Below, piece after piece: positions 12,247 to 24,200 of a stretch of 64,000 bases of DNA (its first letter is position 1; the number at the start of each line of letters is the position of its first letter). Source of the DNA: Malacoraja senta (lineage: Eukaryota); the NCBI GenBank assembly GCA_038087875.1, contig CM075988.1:5828001-5892000 (forward strand). The letters are read 5' to 3'. The notes beneath the pieces are model-generated. The model did not search any database, was not told the DNA's origin, and saw only the letters and a list, made by a program, of their open reading frames with translations. The translations under genes and the position numbers were made by a program.

Positions 12247-15200
12247 GTGAGTATTTAGCAGATCAAATATAATTCATTAAATGTATTATTAAATTGGGTT
12301 CAAAGGTGGACATTCTGGGATATTTGTAGCTATTTTCACCAGGGACTTGTCTGAAGTTGTGTTTGATTTGGAGAAAATCTGCATACATAGAGAATCCATT
12401 GAAGTGCAGAAAGAAGTTGGCTCCATTGGAGTAAAATAGAATGTGTGTTTTAAACCCTAAAAATAGGCACTGGCTAGTCCAATTATCGAACGATGAAGGA
12501 TTATTATCTCGACTGAGGTTTCTCTGCTGCTGTCAATGTTGAATAAAAGTCCACCGAATGTGGAATTGTAGCAGAATGATCAGTATTCTTTATAAAGGTA
12601 GCTTCTAGTTTATTGAAACATCTCTGTTCTAATATTTGTGACAATGTGGGCTCCGCTGTATAATGCCAGACGATTTCCGTCACTGGAATCTGTGAAAGTA
12701 TTGAGTTTGTCATTTGGGAGCCGAGAGGCATAAGTGATAGAGATTGACATTTAAGATTACCAGATTGGAATTATCTCACTTTTTATAGGGCAGTCGGAAA
12801 CGGGAATGTAGATGGGAGGAGGAGGGTGGAGTTGCTCTGAAGGGTCAGACTTTCAAATAAACCGTAAGGCCTTGGGGAGTGTTGTAGAGCAAAATGACAA
12901 GGCGTGCAAGCACATTTGCTCCCTGAAAGTGGCATTCTCTGGGCATCCTTATGCTCTTGATTATCGTAAAAATATAAATGTGTTTAAGTTAAAGGATTGA
13001 TTATTCCCCTTCTGCAGGAGAGAGGAGGAAACTTGTGACTTCATATCAGGGTGGTGAAGGTGGCTTTTGGCACATCGCCCTTTATCAGTGAAGGGGGTTT
13101 AGTCTGGATGTTGGGATGTTATTGTGTAGTTGTACAAAACATTGGTGAGGGGGCACTTGGAGTGTTGTGTTCATTTTGGTCACCCTGCTTGGATAGATGC
13201 CATTAAACTGAAAAGAGTGCACATAAATTTACGAGGATTTTACCAGCACTCGAGGGACTGTGTTATGGGAAGAGGTCCGAGCAGATGAGGACTTTATTCT
13301 TTGGTGTCTGGAAGACTGGGTAATTTTATTAAGGCGTATAAAGTCACGAGCGGCGTAGATGGGGTGAATGCACATAGTATTTATCCCAGCATTGGGGGAT
13401 GAAGAACTAAAGGGTAAGGGTAAAGGTTTAAAAGGAACCCGAGAGGCAGCTTTTCACACCAGGTGGAATGTATATGGTGGGAACTGCCAGAGGAAGTGGT
13501 TGGGCAAGTATATTTATGTTTTCTTTCTGTCTGAAGAAGGGTCTCGACCCAAAACGTCGCCCATTCATTCCTTCTCTCCTTCTCTTCTGTCCAGCTGAGT
13601 TACTCCAGCATTTTGTGTCTACCTTATGTTTTTGTTTGTCTGACATGATGCAACTGTCTTTGAGTTTTGAGTGAAAGTATTTCATTTCATCCCAACGGGT
13701 TGGGCAGGCTAATAGAAGAGGCTGTTATTTGGGGGGTTTTCCTTGCACTGAGTAATGGCATGAAGTGCATGTGGTGTTCCAAATTGTTTGGAAATAGTGA
13801 AGAAGAGCCAGATTCCTTGGGTAGGTGGTGTGGGAAAACGTTTGAGGCACTTGCTATGCGGGAATGTTGATGGTTATAGTGAGGCTTAGTGAAAAGACGC
13901 ATTAACCCTTCCACACAGTGCAGCATCTCTACTCCATGCTGGATAAGACTTTGCATTGTATTGGCTGTCTGATTTAAATATGTGGTTATGCTCGCAACAC
14001 AAGTCATTGTAATTATCTGTGTAAATTAAGCTGCTGTCAAGAAGTAAATATTTGCATATAGTGTCATCAGGGAAAAGCCTGTTGGAAGAAGAGATGAAGG
14101 CATAAATCCACAACTGTTGGAATTCAGTAGTATAATAACTTATCAAAGAGCACATTAATATCAATACTTTCACTAGGCTTACTTGTTAGATTTAAAACAT
14201 GCGCGAGGCTATTGTATTCAGTGAATCAAATCTATGTAATGTTAATCCCGTCTATACTTTTTTGCTAATAGTTAAACTTTATGCCTGTTATTCTTGTTGC
14301 AGTATGTGTTGTTCCTACTTCTGCTAATGAGATGAATCTTAAATCTTAATGACTAAAGTAGTTCACAGATTTATAGATGTGTGATTATAAATGTCAGAAT
14401 AAGACAGTTCATTTAAGGCAATTTTCTTTTTATCCGACAGGTGGGCTACCAAAAAATCCTGACGTTAACTTATGTGGACAAGTTTATTGATGATATCCAC
14501 ATGTTATTTCGGGATAAATATAGAAACCAGTTACAGCACAGAGGAGTGCTGGGCCTCCTTAGTGGTTCCTTTGATTTTTTGGATGACTTCCAAGGTTTCC
14601 TGAAGTAAATGAATCAAACTATTTACCTTTTAGTAATTCCTTTTCTCCATGTAATGCCATTTATCACTTTCCAAAACAGCAGTTGACAGTTACAGTAATC
14701 GTACAAGAGAGCTGAAGTAAGGTTATGATAAGACATTGGTAAAGAGGATCATTATCTTGGAAACTTTCCAATCAGGTTTCAGGGCTCACCATAGCACAGA
14801 GTCTGCCTTGTTGAAGGTACACAATGACCTACTGCTCACCGTTGACTTCGGCGACTCTGCAATTCTTCTCCTTCTTGACCACAGCGCAGCATTTGATACT
14901 GTCGACCACACCATCCTAATTGACCGTCTCTGGTATGGGGTTGGTATTGATGGCACTACCCTGAGCTGGTTCATCTCCTACCTCAAAGGTGGGAGTTTCT
15001 CGACTGACATAGGCAACTCTTTCTCCTCCCCAGCTAATCTCTGCTGTGGGGTTCCACAAGGTTCCATCCTTGGCCCCATTCTCTTCTCCCTGTATATGCT
15101 CCCCTTAGGCCAAGTCATTGAAAGGCACGTCATTTCCTTCCATTGCTACGCAGACGATACACAACTCTATCTCCCCCTGAAGCCCCAAAACCAATCAAAT

Positions 15201-18200
15201 CTGTTTAACCTTACCCACTGCCTTGAGGATATAAAGTGTTGGATGGCCCAGAACTTCCTCCAACTAAACGAGAGTAAGTCTGAGGTCATCCTTCTCGGCC
15301 CCTCGGACTCAATCAAAATGATAACAGGCAGCCTTGGAAGCCTTACCCCACTACTCAAACCTCACATCAAAAACCTTGGCGTGATATTTGACTCAGCACT
15401 GAAATTTGACAAACAAGTCAATGACGTGGTAAAAGCTAGCTTCTTTCAGCTTCGGACGATAGCTAAAATAAAACAATTCCTCCAGTTTGATGACCTCGAA
15501 AAGATCATCCACATATTCATCTCCTCCCGCCTAGATTACTGCAACTCCCTTTACACTGGCATCAGCCAATCTTCCCTGTCCCGCCTGCAACTGGTCCAAA
15601 ACGCCGCAGCGGGACTCCTGACGGGCATCTGAAAAAGGGACCACATCACCCCGATCCTGGCCTCTCTCCACTGGCTCCCTGTGCGGTTCCGTATAAACTT
15701 CAAGATCCTCCTCCATGTCTACAAAGCCCTCAATGGGCTTGCCCTCACCTACATAAAAAGTCTTCTCACCCACCACTCCACCTCCAGGCCCCTCAGATCG
15801 GCCGACTTGGGGTTGCTGAATATCCCGCGGTCTAGGCATAAGCTCAGGGGCGACCGCGCCTTTGCGGTTGCAGCCCCTAGACTGTGGAGCAGCATCCCCT
15901 TTCCCATCAGAACTGCCCCCTCCATCGACTCTTTTAAGTCAAGACTAAAGACTTATATATACTCCCAAGCCTTTCCTGACGTCCTCTGAGTGAGGGCTAC
16001 ATGTATATATGTATGTAGTTTGTTTGTTTATATTATTCTTATAACAAATGTAAAGCACTTTGGCCAATGAGAGTTGTTTTTTAAATGTGCTATATAAATA
16101 AATGTGACTTGACTTGACTTGATTATGCTATATTGATTCCAGAGGGACATACAAATACGCAACTGAAGAATTCACCTTTCTGTAATAGGAGATAGAGTAG
16201 AGTATCAGCAGCCGATCGGTTTCATAGAGAAGAGATATTTTAAATGGAGATAAAGGAACTGCTGATATTGAAAATGTGAGCAAAACACAAAGTGCTGGAG
16301 GAACTCAGCTGATCAGGCCACCTCGATGGAGAAAATGGACAGAGGATGTTTCGGTGTTGGATTGGGTTCTTCAGACTGGAGAAGGCCCCAAACATCGCCT
16401 GTCCATTTCCTCCATAGATGTTGCCTAGCCTGTTGAGTTCTGCCAGCACTTTTTTTCATCAAAATCTCTTAGCCCTTCGGTTACAACGTTGAAAGCTAGG
16501 TTGAGGAGAGACTTATGGAAATTGAAGTGGAAGCTGGGGCTATGTTTCAAGATACTCTCTGGGTTCAAGCAGGCGGATTTATTGCTTAAAACCTTCTAGC
16601 CTTCGACTCATTTTTTAAACAAATGAGTGTTTAAGCAGATATCCATTTTTCTAATTGAACAAGCTAGGATGAATTATGGGGTTCTCTAACTTGTTTAAGA
16701 TTGAACGTTCAAAAATCATTTTTTCTTCTATCTATTTCTTAGACAGTGGATCTTTAATTTGAAAGATTTTGGGTACGATCTTCCTCTAACCTTCCTAAGA
16801 GAATGCAGTCTGTATGGATGAGATGGGGTACAAACTAACAAGAGATTGCTGGTTTGCCCCCACTTAACCCCTGCAGGTTGCAGGTTGGAATCAGTCAGAA
16901 TTTCCACTCCTGTTTGTTCTTCTAAATCTAATGCTGGAAAGCAAGTGTGCTAACCACAACAAAGGAAGTAACTCACCACCTTGCTTTCTATTGTGTCTCA
17001 TACAGAACACAGAACAATACACCGCAAAAATAGGCCCTTTGTCCCACAGTGTCTGTGCCGAACATGATGCCAATACCATCACTTATCTATCTACACATAA
17101 CACATATCCCTTCATTCCCTGCATATACATATGCCTGTCCTTGAGTCTTTTAAATACCACTAATGTATTTACTTCAACCACCACTCCCGGCAGCGTGTTC
17201 TAGGTACTCACGACCCTCTGTTTAAAAAAGAAAACTTGCTCCACGCATCTCCTTTAAACTTTGCATCCCCTCACCTTAAGCTAGTATATGATTTTTTTTT
17301 CATCCTGGGAAAAAGATTCTGGCTGTCTACCCTGGGGTACTGGGACCCCAGGAATGCTATCACATTCTAAAAGTCGGCCAAATTAAACACTAGAAATTTA
17401 ATGGCAGTTTTGCTTTTGATAATTCTGTTTAGCCTAATGTGTCCTTTTTTGCTGGTCTTTAGGGATGCTGAGGAACGGACCAGAGGAAAAGCACCATCTG
17501 TCATGAAAACATTTAAACAATCTGATAAATCAAGGAAAACTGTGAAATCTATGATAGAAATCCGAGGTGAAAAAGGGAAGGAGAACAAGAAAATCAAGAA
17601 AGAAGGTAAGTAATAGTTCATTGGCAGAGGCTCACAAGTTTGACATGGAAATGGCTGAAGTGCACTAATGGGAGGGGAAAGCATTTTTATAAAGTAACAG
17701 GGAGCTAGAAGCATAATCTACAAGTGTAACCCTGAATTTATAGTTGACCGTCTATCCCATTCTAATCTTTATTTCTTTATGCTTCTGCGTGGTTACATTC
17801 AAGCCTAATGTAAACTCAAAGAGCAACAGCTCATCTTGACATCTCTTGACAGGTTGACAACCCTTGAGACTTAACGATAAATCCAGCAAGTTCACATAAT
17901 CAGCCTTTCCAGCTTGCACCACAATTCACTAAATCTGTCGAAACTTCATCTGAAGCATGAACTCTGTTCTTCCTTCAGTTTCCAGCATCTACAGGGTTTT
18001 GCTTCTCCAGTTTGTATCTCAGTTCCAGCATTACTTTTTAATACTTCCCCGCTTCTGCCTAGGTTAATCTTTTCAGTGACATTTTCACCAGGCAAATCAT
18101 CTGTAATTACCATCCTCTTCTGGCTGACACCACCACTTGCTGTCTCTTGACCTCCCAACCTGTCATGGACATGCCCTTTTTTTTCAGCCTCGCCTTTTTC

Positions 18201-21200
18201 TTCAACTAATAACTTGTTTGATTTCTTATTGTTGAAAGAATAACTTTGTTTCTCTGCACAGATGCTGGCTGACCTGTTGAGTATTTTCAGCACCTTCTGT
18301 TATTTCAGATGTTCTGCACCTGCAGTGTTTTATTATTTTGTTCAGTGTCGGCTGATGGAAACCATTGTGTCTGCAGCTCTGAAACTTGATTTGGACACTG
18401 ATGCATTAAGAATGCGGGAAAGTTACCTGGAAACCTTATCCAGGGGATACCGACACGTCCAGAATTGGTCAAATTAAGAGGAATCGGACGGTGACTAAGA
18501 ATGAAGCAGGGTTGGGGATCTAGAAGGAAATGTTAGAGGTGCCTTCGCATTTGTTCAGCACTTATGCATTTCTTGGAGTCCGTGTAGACGAAGGATGAAA
18601 AAATTAACCATTGCCGGTGTTTCTTGTGCCAATCAAGTTGGGAAATGCATAGAAATGTAATAGAGGGGATCGTATAACTAGAGCGATGGATGCTTGTGAG
18701 TGCAACTCATAAAGGCTGTGTTGCTTGCCCACTGGCATGGTTAAGGACATATCTTCATATTTAGTTTTAGTTTTGCCCACCGAGACCGCATCGACCAACG
18801 ATCCCCGCACATTAACACTATCCTACACACACACATAATTTACACATACACCAAGCCAATTAACCTACACACCTTACTAAGACCGTACGTCATTGGAGTG
18901 GGAGGAAACCGAAGATCTCGGAAAAAAAACCATGCAGTCACGGGGAGAACGTACAAATTCCGTACAGACAGCGCCCGTAGTCAGGATCGAACCTGGGTCT
19001 CCGGCACTGCAAATGCTGTAAGGCAGCAACTCTACCGTTGAGCCACCATGGCTGCCCAATTTATTTGGCACGAGATAAATTAAGTAGGAGGAGAAAGGGG
19101 TAGTTGTTATGGTCTGCTGATTTGTACATGAAACTGGGGACCAAATAACAAAACAGAAAATCAGATGCAATTATCTCTGAATAACCACCTGAGCACCATG
19201 CAATTCAGCATTGAGTAAGATCAGTGTTGAATGTGACTGAAAAACAGGTGTGGGGAAAAATAAATTTTGTTCCATGGGACAAATTAAATATAAACAGGAT
19301 ATAAGCGGAAGTTGCTCTGTTGGGATGGGCTTCACTTGAATTGAGTTTGGACCAGTGTCCAAGTGAATCAAATAACTTGGCTATAAACTAAGTAATTATG
19401 GAAGGGTTCTAGCTTTAGGGACATTTAGACAGTTAAAGAGTACAGTGAAGTGTTCAAAGATAATTAGGGTCTGTAGGGACAAAGCATACACATATATGAC
19501 ATAGGACCAATTAGTTAGAGCAGGGAATTAAATGATTTTTTTTAAAGCAGAATATGGACAAACATTTGTAACAACATAGATGGATTACTGGCATGTGGAT
19601 ATAAAAGCCTATTCAATACCAGAACCCTTAATGGCTCCTGGAGTAATGTGCCCAAGATAAATTGCTGCATCAGAGTAAACATTTTCGACTTGATCTGGTA
19701 CATTGTCAGCTGAAATTCCTTGAGCTGCAGACACTTGCTGCTATGGATAATGGTTTCCATCAGCTGGCATGGAGTAAAATAATAAGTACAGAGTTGTGGT
19801 AGCAAAGTCACCAAGGTTAGGAAGCAATTTTTCCAGGATAATTGTAGAAGCAATAGCCAAAATTAAAGAGGAGGTGGCACTAATAAAGTTGAAGGGAGAA
19901 TGGATCATAGCTTAGCGCATCAAAAAGTAGAAGTGAAGATGTAGGCCGTAGAATGTATCAGGGGAAATTAGGAATACAGGTCTCGAGGTGAATACAATAA
20001 TCAGTGGAAACTTCACATTTTAGACTGCAAATCATATTAGCTTTAATGGTGTGAAGAACAGGTTTATGGATTGTAAGAGATGGTTATCTACATCAGTATG
20101 TTGAAGAACCCGTGAGGGAATATACTATTTTAGATCTGTTGTTGAATAAAGGGCTAATTATTAATACTGTTTTTAATGTACAGTGATAAAATGTATGCAA
20201 TTTTATGTAGAGATTGAAGTGGTTTATTTTAGCATAAAACTAGGATCTTTACTTTAAACAAAGCAAGCTACAAAGATATAGGTTATGATTTGGAATTGAG
20301 AAACAATATTAAAGTGGGACAAAAAACAATTAACATTTAAAGAACAGAAATCCACCAGGAAAATTCGTCCAACTGTCACTTTCTAAAGGTTATATATAAT
20401 ATTGGATAAAGAAAAGGGTTTATAATATTGCCAAAATGAGCAATATGCCTGATGTTTTGAAAAGTACAGGCAGAAGATTGAGAACCTGGTGCCAAGGCAA
20501 CAACCTTTCGCTCAATGTTATCAAGACAAAGAAGACACATACCCGGTATACATTGGTAGCGCTGAGGTAGAGATGGTTGAAAGCTTCAAGTTCCTCGGAG
20601 TAAATATCACCAGCAACTTGTCCTGGGCCAGCCATATAGAACCAATGGCTAAGAAGGCACACCAACGCCTTTACCTCCTCAGAAGGCTTAGGAAGTCCGA
20701 CATGTCCCCAATTACTCTCACCAACCTCTACAGATATGCCGTAGAAAGCATTTTATCGGGATGCATCCCAGCATAGTTTTGGAACAGCTACATCCAAGAC
20801 TGCAAGAAATTGCAGAGAATTGTGAACACAGCCTCTCTTCCATTGACTCCATCTATACTGCACGCTGCCTCAGCAAGGCTACCAACATAATCAAGGACAA
20901 GTCTCACCCCGGACATTCCTTTTTCTCCCCTCTACTATTAGGCTAGAGGTACAGAAGTTTGAAAACGCATACATCCAGATTCAGGCACAGTTTCTTCGCA
21001 GCTGTTATCAGGTGACTGAACAATCCGATCAACAATTAGTGAGCGGTTCTGACCTACCATCCTTGGATTTTCTTAAATTGGACTTACTGAACTTTATCTT
21101 GTACTAAACGATATTCCCTTTATCCTGTATCTGTACACTGTGGATGTCTTGATTGTAATCATGAATAGTCTTTCCACTGACTGGATAGCACACAACAAAA

Positions 21201-24200
21201 CACTTTTCACTGCACCTCTATACACATGACAATAAACTAAAATTTAAAGTAAACAAAAGGAAAAATAGCATGCAAGAGTAATCCAGTAAGGACGAGAAAA
21301 ATAGTCTGTAAAATGTATATTTGTAAAGAGGAATAGTTCCTTAAAGATTAGTTCATTTTCTGACCAGTGTCACTTTAGGAATTAAAATTTATCAACAGTG
21401 AATGTTAATTCAAGTCTGTGGTTGGGAGATTTTTACAGAAGCTTTTCCAAATTATTTTACACGCTCTTCTCTTTGCTTTCTTTTATATCTTTGTTCTTGC
21501 CTATAGTTTTTTTTTTCTAGTTCTGTCTTTTTCCCCCTCCTATCTAGCCCCTGTACCCGAGGCACCTCCAGCAGAAAAGAAACCTACCGTCCAGTTAAAG
21601 ACTCCCGTAACCATGACTGTAGGTGATGCTAACCAAAATGGTTTGACTCAGGAAGAAATCATCCAGAAGAATAGGGAGGAATTTTTCCGTAAAAAACTGG
21701 GAAAAGAGAAAAAAGAAAACAGGTGAGGACTTTCCTCCTGAGGCAACAATTAGCTGGTTGTGTTTTCTAGCTTTTGTCTTGATCTGTAATTTTAGCTGCT
21801 ATTCTTCCTCATACCAGAGAGGCCACTGTTGCTCTTGATCTTTTACATCAGCATTCTTTAAGGTGTTTTTTGCCACGTTTAATTGATGAATCCTCTTATT
21901 ATGTTTACGTGTAATATTTTCCATCTCTTTCATAATTCGACTACGAATACCACTGTGCCTTGATTGGTACATGTGATAATAAAAGACATTTGAAACCTTT
22001 AATTGAGAGCCAAAATCAGAGATTTGCACGTGGCCCAGTTAATTTATAAAAAGCTTATTGTGTTTCTGGTGACTTAATCCTAATGTTTACTGTACAAATT
22101 CAAATTCCATATTAATGTTCCCTCAGTTATAATTCACTTCAACATTTCAGTTTCAGTAGGTTTTTAGTTTTTCAGTGGGTGAGAGGAAGTGAAATTTAAT
22201 GCAGTAACATGTTTCTCATGGTGAATTGCAGCAGCAAGTCCCCCAAAACAAGTAAGCAGAAACTGCGCCGTGTCTGGCCTCTGGATTGTAATAATGCTAA
22301 CTCCAAAGAGCTGGATTACAGTGAAAAACTGTTCAATGGTCAGTCCAGTGCTGTCACCAACAATGGAGATGACACCAGTGTAGATGTGGTATGTTGCAAA
22401 CTTATTAACCTTTCTGCAAGTGTTTATTAACACTCTAATTAGAGCACATGCTTCAGTTTTGTTACATTTTCATTAGTCCTCAAATGGAAGTGGGAATGCT
22501 GTCTATGGTTATTTGGTATGCTTTCAAAAAAGAGCTATGTTGTCAAATTGATTATTAACACTAAGGTAGGCTGCCAAAATAAAAGATGAAATAGATCTGA
22601 AACAAAACAGTGCTGGAAATGATCAGGTACCATTTGTGATTAAGCTGAAACCGATTTGATGTTTCTGGTCAACAGAACTGTGAAATGTTCACTTTCTCCA
22701 ATACAAGGACAGATGCTGCCTCTGCATCCGCGTGGAACTCATTGATAACATCAGTTAAATATTTCTTCAATTCTTAATATATTGAAATATTGAGTAATTT
22801 AAATCAAGAATAAGTTGATGTGCTGCCCAACATTCCTCACTTCTCAAAAGTGAGTTAATTGCCATTTATTATCTTTGCTTCTTTGGAATCTTGTTTTGTA
22901 CAGTTTCTTTCATGGAGTGCCAGTGCAGGTCAAGGTAGCTTGTTGCAAATGGTGCTTTGATTCTTTCTGGAGATGTGACAAGGTGTGTTGATATAAGGCA
23001 TAATCTGTATTAACACTCCAGGCACACATTGGCAGAAATAGAAAAGTGTTTCGCCCAGATTCTATATCATCAGCGAGCTTTCATGTTAATTGGTGATCGT
23101 ATGTTGCAAGACTCAGCATATGGATTTCACAAATAGCTTTTCCCCAAACCATCCTAAAATCTTAGTGGTGAGGCGTAGCTGTTTGCAGTACCTTGATATT
23201 GAGTGGGGACAGTACAAGATCAACACAAAAACGCATGGGAAATAAAGCTTTCACAGGTGGCTAAGCATTATATTGACTGCCAAAAACTATTCGAATATTT
23301 CTCAATACATGACAATGATAATAAGCTTTCAAAATATTAAGCAGAAATTAAATCATTAACAGTCTATACAAACAATTAACATTTACATTAGCTTTCAACG
23401 TAAGAATTAAAATGTCATATGACATTTTATAATTATAACTGCATTGAACTGTTTTGTTTTACATCTTGTGCTTAATGATATAACTTTCCTAGTCCTATAG
23501 ATTATTATATGATAGTTTGATGAAACAGTTGAGAAAGTCAGACCGTGACATGAGAGTTAGGGCCAGTAAATAGATAGGCAATTCCAGGAGGAAAGGCAAG
23601 ATGTTCTTAGTTTATTCACAATAAACTAAATGTATTCACAAATTTAGCACTGATCATTTCTTGCAGAATTTTTATCGTGGGTCAATGGCAGGAGATTTGA
23701 AAACTGTTGATTATGAGAGTTGTGAGGATGAGGAAGAGGAGGAGGAGGAGGAGGAGGAGGTGGAGGAGGAGGAGGAAGAAGAAGAAGAAGAAGAAGAAGA
23801 AGAAGAGGATGAAGCAGTCGTACAAAAGATTTCTAACACCAGGTATATTGGTAGAGATCTTCAGATTTGCTGAGCATCAATGTTCCCATACAATGCTGAT
23901 AAACTATTCATAATACTATTAAAATGAAATTTTCTAATTTCCTTCTTGTTTTTACCACGTGTACAACATTTCGCATACAGCGTGAAGAAGGGTGGAATTG
24001 GTGGTATGTTTGGAATGCTGAGAGGTCTTGTTGGATCAAAAAATCTTTCCCCTCAGGTGATGGCCCCTGTGCTTGACAAGATGAAGGATCATTTAATTGG
24101 TGGGTAATGGGCATGTCCTTCAACACTAGACTCAGTTATTTTTATGTATGCACAATGAATTACATAATTGATTCAAGCTGCTCTCTTTGACTTGTACTTT

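Noticed and set aside
23707..23913. Poly-Arg/Lys ORF
   Set aside because: Alternative frame of the SRPRA poly-Glu exon.
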